Source: a virus. From it: a stretch of 64,000 bases of DNA. The stretch's first letter is position 1. Each line of letters begins with the position of its first letter. Where the stretch lies: positions 93,734-157,733 of IMG/VR virus record IMGVR_UViG_3300025141_000029. One strand, given 5' to 3'. Both the position numbers and the translations under genes were made by a program. Shown one piece after another: positions 27,897 to 37,974 of the stretch. Below the pieces are notes generated by a model. The model was not told the origin of the DNA and made no database searches. It saw nothing but the letters and a program-made list of their open reading frames with translations.

Positions 27897-28152
27897 TATG
27901 ATTTTTCCTTTGTAAATCTTCTTTATAATCTTTCAAAACATCGCGATTGGCTTCTATAAATTGTTTAGTCAATTCTCCAACTTTTTTATTTGAATTTGAT
28001 ACTTCTTGTTTTTTAATAAAAATTTTATTAATTTCACGTACCAATGTATTTTCTGCTTTGCAGAGAGGACAATCATTTAATTTTTCTTTTATCCTATGAA
28101 AAGCTTTGAATGAGTGTGTACATTCATCACATCGATAACTATATTTAGGCAC
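27871..28152 (-). CDS. FmdB-family zinc-ribbon protein
   Basis: MPKYSYRCDECTHSF...CPLC (MPxYxYxCxxC...CPxC). Confidence 0.85.
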   Translation of the reverse strand: MPKYSYRCDECTHSFKAFHRIKEKLNDCPLCKAENTLVREINKIFIKKQEVSNSNKKVGELTKQFIEANRDVLKDYKEDLQRKNHNDDENISD

Positions 28153-28353
28153 TTATTCTGAGCCGTTGTCTATAGGATATTCCTCATCATCACTAAATTT
28201 GACCAAGGGAGGATTCATAACAAATAATTCCCCCTCATCTCCAACTTTAAAATCAAAACCTTTTAAAACTGGAACAATATCGCTCTGCTCCATTAGTGAT
28301 TTTTGTAGTGCCATCATAACTGCGCCGAGCGCTTCATCTGAAAATTTTAACAT
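28153..28353 (-). CDS. Hypothetical protein (66 aa)
   Basis: Fills the gap exactly between neighbours; AGGAG upstream. Confidence 0.65.
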   Translation of the reverse strand: MLKFSDEALGAVMMALQKSLMEQSDIVPVLKGFDFKVGDEGELFVMNPPLVKFSDDEEYPIDNGSE

Positions 28354-28354
28354 C

Positions 28355-29179
28355 TTATTCTCCTTTGCTTCTTTGAAAATTGTTAAATTCTATGCTTTTT
28401 TCTAGCATTTCAAATATTATATCATTTTCTTTGAGAAAGTTTAATAATTCTATAGAATCTTTAGGCAAGCATTTACCTCCATATCCAAATTTTCCATCAG
28501 GACCTGGAACCATTGTATGTTGTTCTCCGACCCATTCTGCTCTTGCAAAATGTTCGCGAAAAGAATCATAATCTATATTTTCTTTTTCACAAAGATTATA
28601 TAAATAATTACAATAACTTACTTTTAACCCATAAAAAGTATTTCTTGCTAATTTTAGTAGTTCGACCTCCGACCAATTCTGTGTTTCAAAGATTTTCACA
28701 TCATGATTTCCCCTATAATCAAAAAAGGTCTCATAAAGATTTCTTACTTTCAAGGTATTTTCTTTTTTACCAGCCAGATAAAGCTCTTGTTGATTAACAA
28801 AATCTTCCATTGCGGTTCTTTGAGATAAAAACTCTGGATTAAAAACAATATTGTTTAGACGATAAAGTTGTGATAAAGTTTCACAGGTTCCAGCTGGAAT
28901 TGTGGACTTAATAACAATTACAGAATTACTATTTTGATTTTCCTTTATAAAATCCTGGATACACGATTCTACAATTGATATATCCAGGCGCCCATCTTTT
29001 AAATCCGTGGGAACATTAATAAAAATAACATCCGCATTATAGGCATTTCTTATGTGTTTAAGGGATTTATAGTCCGAGTTGAATGGGTCATATATGTTTG
29101 TCGGGAAAACGTCTTTAAGCTGTGCTGTAGCCTTTCCTACGAACCCGTAGCCTATTATTCCAATTGTTGTTTTGTCCAC
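28355..29179 (-). CDS. ugd: UDP-glucose/GDP-mannose dehydrogenase family, short form lacking the C-terminal domain
   Basis: GIIGYGFVG, INVPT, VIKSTIPAGT, FNPEFL, ELLKLARNTF, GYGGKCLPKD (catalytic Cys). Confidence 0.85.
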   Translation of the reverse strand: MDKTTIGIIGYGFVGKATAQLKDVFPTNIYDPFNSDYKSLKHIRNAYNADVIFINVPTDLKDGRLDISIVESCIQDFIKENQNSNSVIVIKSTIPAGTCETLSQLYRLNNIVFNPEFLSQRTAMEDFVNQQELYLAGKKENTLKVRNLYETFFDYRGNHDVKIFETQNWSEVELLKLARNTFYGLKVSYCNYLYNLCEKENIDYDSFREHFARAEWVGEQHTMVPGPDGKFGYGGKCLPKDSIELLNFLKENDIIFEMLEKSIEFNNFQRSKGE

Positions 29180-30006
29180 TCTTTGTACCTCTCAAAAATA
29201 TATTCTGGTATATCAACTTTTCCATTCGCGCATAAATATAAGACATGTGTTTTTAAAGGGTTCCAGTTTTTAGTATATCTAATTTCATCTTTTTCTGTTA
29301 CTGATGGTGTAGAAAATACGACATGGGGGGCGCCACATAAACTAGCTAGATGCATGGGGCCGGATGATGGTCCAAAAACAGCTTCACAATTTCTCAATAT
29401 ATCAAATAATTCATTAAGTGGTATATTTCTTAAATCATCTGTTCCCTCAATATATCCAGATTCTTTGATGGTGCCGATACATGCTATTTTTTTATCATCT
29501 TGTGATAACAGCTTAAGCAGTTTTTTCCAATTATCGAAAGACCAGTTATCTTGTTTTCTTAATTCTCTATTTCTTATATGAAAAATATAATCATATTTTT
29601 TCTCTCCAACATTGCCATATTTTTTGTATTTTGGCTTAATGTTTAGGTGTTTAAAGCTTACTTCTTCTGAATAATGTGTATATGGCGGAAAGCCAATTCT
29701 TCTAGGGGCGAATATGGTTGTATTGCTATCTACTATATCCTTGTTTTCATAAAGAATTTTTTTAGTATAAGAAGGCATATCTAATCCGTGCATAAAAAAA
29801 GAATCAGATAATCCTCCAGGTGGACTTATATCAATAAATTTTGTTGCGAAATCTTGATATAAAGACCGCGAGGATGGTCGACATAAAACTATTATTTCAT
29901 CAAAATGATCAGCCAACGAACGAATATATGCTTGCCAAGCAAATAATTCCCATCCAAATTCGCCAACCCATGGGCCGGCTATTAATCTTTTATTTGATTT
30001 CGTCAT
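29155..30006 (-). CDS. Glycosyltransferase, GT9 (heptosyltransferase-like)
   Basis: GEFGWEL, DNWSFDNW, TDDLR...LNEL, VFGPSSGPMHLASLCGAPHVVF. Confidence 0.8.
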   Translation of the reverse strand: MTKSNKRLIAGPWVGEFGWELFAWQAYIRSLADHFDEIIVLCRPSSRSLYQDFATKFIDISPPGGLSDSFFMHGLDMPSYTKKILYENKDIVDSNTTIFAPRRIGFPPYTHYSEEVSFKHLNIKPKYKKYGNVGEKKYDYIFHIRNRELRKQDNWSFDNWKKLLKLLSQDDKKIACIGTIKESGYIEGTDDLRNIPLNELFDILRNCEAVFGPSSGPMHLASLCGAPHVVFSTPSVTEKDEIRYTKNWNPLKTHVLYLCANGKVDIPEYIFERYKEWTKQQLE

Positions 30007-30859
30007 ATAGATTTATTATTTGTTTAGCCCAATTCAGACGTGTAAACTGTTGTACTGTTTTACATCCATATTCTGCAATTTTTTGTGTTTCTTGAGGATT
30101 TTGTAGATAATATTCTATTTTTTGATTTAAATCATTAATATTTTTAAAAATAATTAAATCTTTTCCATCTATAAAATATTTCTCTCTATTATACCAATCA
30201 TCTGAAATTAAAAATCCTTTTGTAGCTAATACCTTATAAACTCTATCGGATGCGCCGGATGCGGTACAAAGATTTAAATTGATTTTACTTTTTGAAACCT
30301 CAAGTGCGTGCTTTCTACTATATGCATCAGAAATTATGTTAACCGGCTTATTGATTTGATTAATTATTTGTGCGCGGTCGCCATATATATTGCCAATAAA
30401 ACTGATATCATATTGTTTTTTGATATTGTGAGGCTTATCTATGTCAGAATCGTATCCTTCAAAAACATGAAATGAGTTCTTGTTTATTTTCAAAGCTTCT
30501 TTGAGTACATTTTCTTTATCACAACAAAAATAATCTACTGCAGTAGTTTTTTCTCTAATCTCTTGATTATAAGTAATTAAAGGATCCATAAACCACATGC
30601 ATGTTTTGGTAAGTTTATTTATTTCTCTGAACGTTTGTAACGCTATAACATTACATTTACTATAAATTACTAAATCAAAATTTCTATTTCTAATAGTAGA
30701 AACCAAATCTTTGTCTCTGCCCTCATTTCCCATCAAAGCAGCTTTTTGTCTGTAGTTGTAGCCAGAAACTTCATGGCCTAATTTTTTAAGAGATAGAATT
30801 TGTGATACGTTAGTTGATTTACCTTCGCGGTCGAAGACGCCAATAAATAAAATTTTCAT
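29990..30859 (-). CDS. Glycosyltransferase, CgeB / Glyco_trans_1_2-like
   Basis: WFMDP, YDISFIGN...R, SKINLN...SDRVYKVLATKGFLISD, DLNQKIEYYL...IAEYG. Confidence 0.8.
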   Translation of the reverse strand: MKILFIGVFDREGKSTNVSQILSLKKLGHEVSGYNYRQKAALMGNEGRDKDLVSTIRNRNFDLVIYSKCNVIALQTFREINKLTKTCMWFMDPLITYNQEIREKTTAVDYFCCDKENVLKEALKINKNSFHVFEGYDSDIDKPHNIKKQYDISFIGNIYGDRAQIINQINKPVNIISDAYSRKHALEVSKSKINLNLCTASGASDRVYKVLATKGFLISDDWYNREKYFIDGKDLIIFKNINDLNQKIEYYLQNPQETQKIAEYGCKTVQQFTRLNWAKQIINLYDEIK

Positions 30860-30864
30860 TTATT

Positions 30865-32064
30865 TTACTCTTCTTTTCTGTATGAAAGCATAAATTTAGT
30901 CATCAAATTTTCTAATTTAACCCAATCTTCTTCTGTTATTAAATGATTATTACCAATATAAAATCCCTTAAAATGTAAATCATCTACTTTTGGATAATTT
31001 TCCAAATCAAGATTCAAGTATCGTAAGAATGGCTGTCTCAATAAATTTCCGCTACATAGTGGTCTAGTTTCTATTCCATTGGTTGCAAGATATTGTTCTA
31101 GTTTATTTTTTAACTCCACTGATTCACAAAGAAACGGAAGTATAAAACTTGAATTACCCTCTATTTTAAAGCTAGTATCAAATTCTGTATAATTCAGCAA
31201 CTTTATAAATCGATCAAGATTCTTTTTACGTTCTATTATACTACTGTCTAGATTCTTTAGTTGTGACAGTCCTAGCACAGCATTTATTTCCATATTTCTA
31301 AAGTTATAGCCATCTGTTATAAAAAGGAATTGTGGGTGTACATCAGGATATTTTTCTATAATAGGTTGCTGAGCTTCTTTGCTCATTTCTCTTGCTAGCC
31401 CATGTGAACGTTTGGCTCTCATTAATTCATATAGTTCAGTATTGTTGGTTGATACAAATCCACCTTCTACTGTTGTCATATGATGACCAAAATAAAAACT
31501 AAACGTACCGCCTTCGCCAAATACACCTGCTTTTTTTTCATTTATCTCAACGCCATGTGATTCACATACATCTTCTGCTATAAGTGCATCAGGAAACAAT
31601 TCTTTGTAATGATCTACATCGGCAGCGATTCCAAATAAATGTGTAATCCATATTAATTTAATATCCGGATGTTGTTGTTTTATTTGGCTCAAATGTTCTT
31701 TATCAAAACTAAAATCATAAGAATTAATATCACAAAATATAGGTTCTAACCCCAATTGAATTACAGGGCCAATATTGGTAACCCATGTCATGGAAGGTAC
31801 CAGAACTTTATCGCCAGATTTAAGATTATATAGATCTTTTATAGCAGCCAACAATAAATAATTAGCAGTGCTGCCAGATGAAACAAATAAGGAATGTTTG
31901 CTGCCCAGCCAATTACTCCATTTGGCTTCAAATTCTCGAACTTTTACGCCATTAGTAAATCTATTAGTCGACTTTATAAAGTCTATCATGGCATCTTTAT
32001 CAACATCTGTTATTATATTTTTCATTAAAGGCCAAAAGTGTTTCATTAATACCGCTTTTTTCAT
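30865..32064 (-). CDS. PLP-dependent DegT/DnrJ family enzyme, ColD-like (GDP-4-keto-6-deoxymannose 3-dehydratase)
   Basis: [34 protein letters not shown] (His in place of the Schiff-base Lys), RSHG, GYNFR, IETRP; ATGA overlap with gmd. Confidence 0.78.
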   Translation of the reverse strand: MKKAVLMKHFWPLMKNIITDVDKDAMIDFIKSTNRFTNGVKVREFEAKWSNWLGSKHSLFVSSGSTANYLLLAAIKDLYNLKSGDKVLVPSMTWVTNIGPVIQLGLEPIFCDINSYDFSFDKEHLSQIKQQHPDIKLIWITHLFGIAADVDHYKELFPDALIAEDVCESHGVEINEKKAGVFGEGGTFSFYFGHHMTTVEGGFVSTNNTELYELMRAKRSHGLAREMSKEAQQPIIEKYPDVHPQFLFITDGYNFRNMEINAVLGLSQLKNLDSSIIERKKNLDRFIKLLNYTEFDTSFKIEGNSSFILPFLCESVELKNKLEQYLATNGIETRPLCSGNLLRQPFLRYLNLDLENYPKVDDLHFKGFYIGNNHLITEEDWVKLENLMTKFMLSYRKEE

Positions 32065-33053
32065 CGTAACTCTTCCTTTTCACCAAATCTTTTTATATAT
32101 TCGTAGTCCTCTTTATACATCATTTCTGCTAATTGTTTGAATTTAATTTTTGGCTCCCACCCCAACACACTTTTCGCTTTTGAATTATCGCCTAACAAGA
32201 CTGGGACCTCATGTGGTCTGAAAAGACGAGGATCTATTTCAACGTGCTTGTCTATATGAAGTCCCGCATAATCAAAAACCGTCTCCAAAAATTCTCTGAC
32301 CGTATGTGTTTCCCCTGTGGCTATAACATAATCGTCTGGTTTTTTATTCTGTAGCATCAACCACATTGCCTCGACATAATCTCCCGCATATCCCCAGTCT
32401 CTTTTGGCGTCTAGATTTCCCAAACTTAATTTATCTTGCACTCCCAATTTAATCCTAGCAGCTGCCGTCGTAATCTTTCGAGTAACAAACGTCTCTCCTC
32501 TCCTAGGAGATTCGTGGTTAAATAAAATTCCCGACGATAAATGCATCCCATAACTTTCGCGATAATTTCTAACTATATTGTGACCAAATACCTTTGCGCA
32601 TGCATACGGAGAGGCTGGCATAAAACGAGTGCTTTCATTCTGAGGAATTTGTGGATTATCTCCGAACATTTCAGAGGAAGATGCTTGATAAAATTTAATA
32701 GTTGGATCTATAGATCGAATTGCTTCTAAAATTCGCAACGTTCCCATAGCTATTATCTCCACCGTCTCTTCTGGAGCTTCAAATGAAACGCGCACATGTG
32801 ACTGGGCTGCAAGATTATAAACTTCGTGGGGACCAAAGGTGGCTATAGCTCTATAGAGGGATCCTCCGTCAATTAGACTACCGTAAACTATTTTAAGATT
32901 AGGGTTGTCCAACAAATGATCAATCCTATCTGTACAAATGAGAGATGTCCTTCTTTTAACACCCATCACCTCGTATCCCTTTTCCAAAAGCAATTCAGCC
33001 AAATAAGAACCATCTTGTCCGGTGATTCCGGTAATTAATGCCTTTTTTTTCAT
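32061..33053 (-). CDS. gmd: GDP-mannose 4,6-dehydratase
   Basis: [78 protein letters not shown]. Confidence 0.97.
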   Translation of the reverse strand: MKKKALITGITGQDGSYLAELLLEKGYEVMGVKRRTSLICTDRIDHLLDNPNLKIVYGSLIDGGSLYRAIATFGPHEVYNLAAQSHVRVSFEAPEETVEIIAMGTLRILEAIRSIDPTIKFYQASSSEMFGDNPQIPQNESTRFMPASPYACAKVFGHNIVRNYRESYGMHLSSGILFNHESPRRGETFVTRKITTAAARIKLGVQDKLSLGNLDAKRDWGYAGDYVEAMWLMLQNKKPDDYVIATGETHTVREFLETVFDYAGLHIDKHVEIDPRLFRPHEVPVLLGDNSKAKSVLGWEPKIKFKQLAEMMYKEDYEYIKRFGEKEELR

Positions 33054-33056
33054 ATA

Positions 33057-34997
33057 TTAAACCTTTTCAATGGGGTGAAAAAACTTACCCCCCTTCCTTC
33101 CATACCACACAACTTCCCTAGAGAATATTTTTCTATCTTCAAATGTCTTGGTGGGTAATATCTTAAGCTTATTTTGTTTCTCCTCTAATTGAGAAACCAT
33201 CCCTGTCCGTGATTCCTCAAAAAATTCATGGACATCATAAAACAAAGTAAGATATTTAATTTCTTGATTATTAAAACTCACTAGGCGCGCCTTTTGGTAT
33301 GTCATGATATCATCTATCGCCTTATCCCCAGATAGCTGACAATACGATTTGTCAAGATATTCCCTCACTTCCAAATAAAACGTATCCAATTCTTCTGAAA
33401 TTCTTAAGAACGTCGCTTCTTCTGCTGGCCACAAAACATCCTCAAAATCTGGAACATGTTGGCCAAAACTTTTTCCCTCAAATACTCCTTCAAGAAGACA
33501 GTCGATTTTTTGCAGCTCTGCCCCAATAAGTGTCTGAGGATTTTTTTCTCCATATTTAATAAAGCCCTCATAAAAATCTGAATATTTTATTCCGAAATGG
33601 TGGCGTAATGTTATGGCAATGGCTTGAAGCGGCCCTAATAAGTGCATGCTTTGTACTACCCAAGCGAACTTAAAAGTCCTTTTGTATTCATTTCGTGACA
33701 TAGAGTTAGTTCCGACTACGATCGTTTCACTTTCAACTACTTCGTCATTTTTTGCCCCATCCGAATGCGCTTGAAATATTGGGATATCTACCATATCAAG
33801 ACCCAATTTAGTTTGATATTCTTTGCTACCCATTTCCGCGTTGGGCATTATAGAGCAATTATAAATAACAATTCCAGAATGCTGGGAGCTATCTAAAAGG
33901 TTATCTATGCCGTCAACAAAAGATTGATATGTCTCCCCGGGAAGTGGAAGAATTAATTCTGTATAAGTAACTAAGCCGTTTTCTACATACTTTTTTTGCA
34001 AATCTCTAAAGAATGTCATTTTTATATTCTTCCGCTGGATATTAGCCAGGGTTGATTCATCAAGAGACTGCATGCTAATACTCACGCCTTTGTTCATTCC
34101 TGCATTAGAAAAAATTTGTGCCAGTTTAAACACTCTGTCAGTTGAGTTCTTCGTAAAACACACTCTAAACTGATTGGGGAACCCCGTCTCAGATTTCTTT
34201 TCTGCTAACTTAAGGGCAAAATTAGTATCTCTCTCAAAGATACCAAAGTTAGCATCCGCCCCGAAAACTAAATCTACTTTCTTTTCTGAGAAAAAATCTA
34301 TTTCCTCTAACAATCTTTCGTCACTGAATTTTCTTATTTTAGCGGCTATAGCGGATCCCCAATCACAAAAAGAACACTTAAAGGGACAACCACGATTTGT
34401 TTCCCAAGTTATCATCCAAGAGAAGTCTTCACTTTCAAAAAGATCGTCAAAAACGCCCGTCAAGTATGGGGAGGGAATGGTTTCCAAATCTGTGATTCTT
34501 GGACGAGGAGGTGCTACTTTAATTTCTCCCTCTTGCTTATCATAAAATGTAGTTCCCAAAATGTTTTTAAGGTTGGCTCGGGTACCCCGCGTATATTTCT
34601 TCAAAATTTCTTGAAACGTAATCTCGCCCTCGCCATGAACCACCATGTCAATGAAGGGGTATTTTTCAAAAAAATCACCAACTCTATTTGGTATCTGTGG
34701 TCCTCCAAAGATTATCAAACAATTAGGATTTTTCTCTTTTACTCGTTCTGCCAATTTTAAGCTTATAGACCAATTCCATATATAACACGAAACGCCTAGA
34801 ACGTCCACGTCCCCTATACTTTTAACAAGACTCGACACCTTATCTCTCACAAAAAGAAATTTATTGAAAGAAAAGTTGTCACGGATATCTTCATCGTCAG
34901 CAGCATACGATTGAAGAATCCCAACACTATAGGGTAGATAAACTTGCGATCCATATTTATTGTTTAGTTGGACCAATTGGACTTTCTTTTGGTTCAT
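33057..34997 (-). CDS. Cobalamin-binding radical SAM protein (class B-like)
   Basis: LPYSVG, SCYIWN, IIFGGPQ, VHGEGE, PSPYL, ETNRGCPFKCSFCDWG (CxxxCxxC), DANFG, ELILPLPGET. Confidence 0.9.
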   Translation of the reverse strand: MNQKKVQLVQLNNKYGSQVYLPYSVGILQSYAADDEDIRDNFSFNKFLFVRDKVSSLVKSIGDVDVLGVSCYIWNWSISLKLAERVKEKNPNCLIIFGGPQIPNRVGDFFEKYPFIDMVVHGEGEITFQEILKKYTRGTRANLKNILGTTFYDKQEGEIKVAPPRPRITDLETIPSPYLTGVFDDLFESEDFSWMITWETNRGCPFKCSFCDWGSAIAAKIRKFSDERLLEEIDFFSEKKVDLVFGADANFGIFERDTNFALKLAEKKSETGFPNQFRVCFTKNSTDRVFKLAQIFSNAGMNKGVSISMQSLDESTLANIQRKNIKMTFFRDLQKKYVENGLVTYTELILPLPGETYQSFVDGIDNLLDSSQHSGIVIYNCSIMPNAEMGSKEYQTKLGLDMVDIPIFQAHSDGAKNDEVVESETIVVGTNSMSRNEYKRTFKFAWVVQSMHLLGPLQAIAITLRHHFGIKYSDFYEGFIKYGEKNPQTLIGAELQKIDCLLEGVFEGKSFGQHVPDFEDVLWPAEEATFLRISEELDTFYLEVREYLDKSYCQLSGDKAIDDIMTYQKARLVSFNNQEIKYLTLFYDVHEFFEESRTGMVSQLEEKQNKLKILPTKTFEDRKIFSREVVWYGRKGGKFFHPIEKV

Positions 34998-35902
34998 AGT
35001 ATTTTATATGCTTCTCGTAATCCATCTACTAATTTTATAAATTTGTAATCTTTAATTATAGATTTCATTTTCTTAGTCGAAATATCTTTTCGATGTTGAC
35101 CGTTGGGTTGGGATTTATCATACTTAATTTTTAGATGTGTACACCCAGTCGCCATGAGTCCTAGTCTTGCTATCTCGTCAATCTTTAAGTTTTCTTCTGC
35201 AGCTACGTTGAAGCTCTCATATATTTCGCGGTCAATCATAATTTTTAAAATTTGAGCCAAGTCCCGGGAATGCATAAGCTGTCTTATTGGGGTGCCGTCG
35301 CCAAATAAAACTATATGGTCCGCATCGGTTTCTACGGCCCTTTTAATCTTAGCAAGCAAAGCCAAAGGAAAATGACTCTTATTAGAATATTCTCTATTAC
35401 TTTCTCCATAAAGGTTGCAAGGGATTACATAATTATATTTTGTTCCATATTGTTTATTATAGGCATCAATTTGAACAGCCATCGATCTCTTCGCATAAGC
35501 ATAGAAAAAGTTATCCTGTGATGGCGGTCCATTATGTATTTCTGATTCATTTAGAGGATATTTGTCCATATCGGCTCTATCGGGGAACACACAACTACTA
35601 AGAATTGCAATGAATCTGTCAACTCTGTTTATTTGAGCGTGTTTGAGCAAGAGCGTGTTCATTAACACATTGTCATCGAAATAAAGTGCGGGATTTTTTA
35701 TATTGTCTTTAATGCCTCCAACATGAGCTGCGGCATGAATAATAATCTTAGGACTATTATTCAAAAACATTTGTTTTATATCATCCTCAACTCTCAAATC
35801 AAAATCATTGCGCGTAATATGCACAGCACGAGGAAACAGAGTTTTTAATTCTGTTCCAACCTGTCCTGCTGCACCTGTTATTAAAATTTCTTCTTGTTTC
35901 AT
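34994..35902 (-). CDS. fcl: GDP-L-fucose synthase / ColC-like epimerase-reductase
   Basis: ITGAAGQVG, IHAAAHVGGI, LSSCVFP, YAYAKR, PCNLYG, SH, GDGTPIR, PNGQHRK. Confidence 0.85.
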   Translation of the reverse strand: MKQEEILITGAAGQVGTELKTLFPRAVHITRNDFDLRVEDDIKQMFLNNSPKIIIHAAAHVGGIKDNIKNPALYFDDNVLMNTLLLKHAQINRVDRFIAILSSCVFPDRADMDKYPLNESEIHNGPPSQDNFFYAYAKRSMAVQIDAYNKQYGTKYNYVIPCNLYGESNREYSNKSHFPLALLAKIKRAVETDADHIVLFGDGTPIRQLMHSRDLAQILKIMIDREIYESFNVAAEENLKIDEIARLGLMATGCTHLKIKYDKSQPNGQHRKDISTKKMKSIIKDYKFIKLVDGLREAYKIL

Positions 35903-35911
35903 ATTATTGCC

Positions 35912-36709
35912 TTATTTATATATTTTACCATCTTCTAAAATAGATTCAATTTTTGGACGTTTTGTTGGATCTATATAATCATAAATTAGAAGAATATCTT
36001 CTTTTTTGATTCCGGTTGGGCAGCCCCATGGATGTTGTTGGTTCCAGCGAGGAAATGGCACTCCCTTATCATAAACATTACTAGTTTTGATTAAATTATT
36101 TGGGGCGGCGAGGTCGGACAAGGTAGCTGGGTCTACAGAAGGAAGGCCTGCGGGGCTTACACAAGAAATTATAGTTGCGCCGTCATTTTGTGATTCAGGT
36201 ATATTTTTAATTTCGAAATCCCATGCTGTAAGATTTGGTTTTAAATATTTCTTAAAATATTCTTTTCTCCATATAGCGGGGTGTAAAGTAGTTCGATATG
36301 GCGCGTCGGGGGACAGCTGTACTATTCCTGCTTTATATTCAATCGAATAGGCATTCAAATGCGTGTCTAATATCGCTTTTTCTGCATTACTACAGCTTAT
36401 CTCCTTCTCTAATAATTGCATTCTTTCGACATCTACGTAATCAGTTATAAGCATGTCGCCCGCCATGGCGACAAAGTATTCTTCTTTAATATTATTTATA
36501 TAAGGTATTAGAGGATTAGTCCAATACTTTCCAAAATCACTCTGTTTTCCCAAAGAGACATAATCAAAATTATCCGGTAACGTGGGAAGATTTGAGTCAT
36601 CAAAACCCAATATGGTTACATCTTGATTTGGCCAATATTTATTGAACAAAATAGCATAAGGCGTAAGCAAATGTAAATACTGATCGCATGTGGTAACTAA
36701 AATTCGCAT
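35912..36709 (-). CDS. Putative glycosyltransferase-like protein
   Basis: TCDQY...FNKYWP...W...YRTTLHPAIWRKEYF...TAWDFE pattern seen in polysaccharide-locus GT-A-like proteins; context. Confidence 0.5.
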   Translation of the reverse strand: MRILVTTCDQYLHLLTPYAILFNKYWPNQDVTILGFDDSNLPTLPDNFDYVSLGKQSDFGKYWTNPLIPYINNIKEEYFVAMAGDMLITDYVDVERMQLLEKEISCSNAEKAILDTHLNAYSIEYKAGIVQLSPDAPYRTTLHPAIWRKEYFKKYLKPNLTAWDFEIKNIPESQNDGATIISCVSPAGLPSVDPATLSDLAAPNNLIKTSNVYDKGVPFPRWNQQHPWGCPTGIKKEDILLIYDYIDPTKRPKIESILEDGKIYK

Positions 36710-36724
36710 TTTTTTATTCTTTGT

Positions 36725-37084
36725 TTAATTCTTGTTTTTGAAGCCTTTATATTGCTTCACATTTCCGTCATCAAATTTTTTGATATATTCTTTGTTTATA
36801 TGCGCATCTAAATATTGATTTATTGCTTTTGTTAATTTAGGTCGTCTATCTTTAAAACAAAAATCTAATTTTCTTTTTAAATCAAAAACTTCTTGAGGAT
36901 CATTAGATTCTGCGCATGCGTCTTCAATCTTCCACATACGAATGTGAAGAATGATATACTTTTCAAGCATCTCTGCGAAATTATCAGACCACTCTACGCC
37001 TTTAAAATGAGGCGGCTCTTTGTCAAATCTAGACTCAATTTCTTCTAATAAAAGTTCGCTAATTTTTTCTAATCTACTGCTCAT
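36725..37084 (-). CDS. Small helical protein, DUF4254-like
   Basis: LHIRMWKIED...LKRKLD...R...IN resembles DUF4254-type proteins found beside GT9 genes. Confidence 0.5.
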   Translation of the reverse strand: MSSRLEKISELLLEEIESRFDKEPPHFKGVEWSDNFAEMLEKYIILHIRMWKIEDACAESNDPQEVFDLKRKLDFCFKDRRPKLTKAINQYLDAHINKEYIKKFDDGNVKQYKGFKNKN

Positions 37085-37974
37085 AAAGATACTCTCTCTA
37101 ATATATTATTTAATACTTCTTTTGCTGAAATGTTATCACATCCGCCAGGGGCATAAAATGTTTGGCCGTTATCATTGACCGGTTCTAAAGCCAGCAAATT
37201 TGTATTATGGTTTGGCAGCCAATTAGTCATTAAATTAATAGCTGGATGTGAATATGCCCCCATAACCCATTGTGCCCCACTATCAGTTCCTATAACTAAA
37301 CGCGATGCTAAAGCAGCTTTTACTTGATCAAAGTATGATAAGTGAGGATATGTTTTATAGCCATCTAAATTACTTAAAACCGGATCCCAGGGCATGCCAT
37401 AGTGATTCACCGTATATCCATTTAAAATTAAATTATCAATTAATCTATTCCACCATCGGGTCGACGGGGATCTGCCAGGGGATCCTGCAAATGGCCAAAT
37501 TGCTATGTTATTGTGATATTCTTCATCGTTTGTATTTTTAGACTTGGCATATGTAGAAGTTATCGCTGGTATGCCAGCGTCAAACCACCTATAAAGATGT
37601 GGCTTCATTTCATCTTCGGATAACACATCTTTTAGATCTGGTATTCCTGCCATATACGCAGTTTCTCTTACACACGATACAGTATTATACCAATCTGATG
37701 ACGAATGTTCCCATCCCTTTATTGAGGGTTCTAAGTTGATGTTACATTGTGATATCAATTGTTTATCATATTCTCCAAATTCATCCCATTCATCAGTAAT
37801 TTTGATTCTATCAATAAGAGGATGATTGAAATATAGGGGAGCACATTGAGAGCACTTTTTTTCTATTACCCAAAATTTATAACTACCGGGATATTTCTTT
37901 TCATAGTAATTGAGTATAGGTAGCCCCATTATTAGATCACCTATTATACCATAAACGGGGCCCCAGATTTTCAT
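37081..37974 (-). CDS. Glycosyltransferase, GT9-like
   Basis: IGDLIMGLP, NHPLID, IAIWPFAG, LVIGTDSGAQWVMGAYSHP, CDNISAKEV. Confidence 0.8.
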   Translation of the reverse strand: MKIWGPVYGIIGDLIMGLPILNYYEKKYPGSYKFWVIEKKCSQCAPLYFNHPLIDRIKITDEWDEFGEYDKQLISQCNINLEPSIKGWEHSSSDWYNTVSCVRETAYMAGIPDLKDVLSEDEMKPHLYRWFDAGIPAITSTYAKSKNTNDEEYHNNIAIWPFAGSPGRSPSTRWWNRLIDNLILNGYTVNHYGMPWDPVLSNLDGYKTYPHLSYFDQVKAALASRLVIGTDSGAQWVMGAYSHPAINLMTNWLPNHNTNLLALEPVNDNGQTFYAPGGCDNISAKEVLNNILERVSL

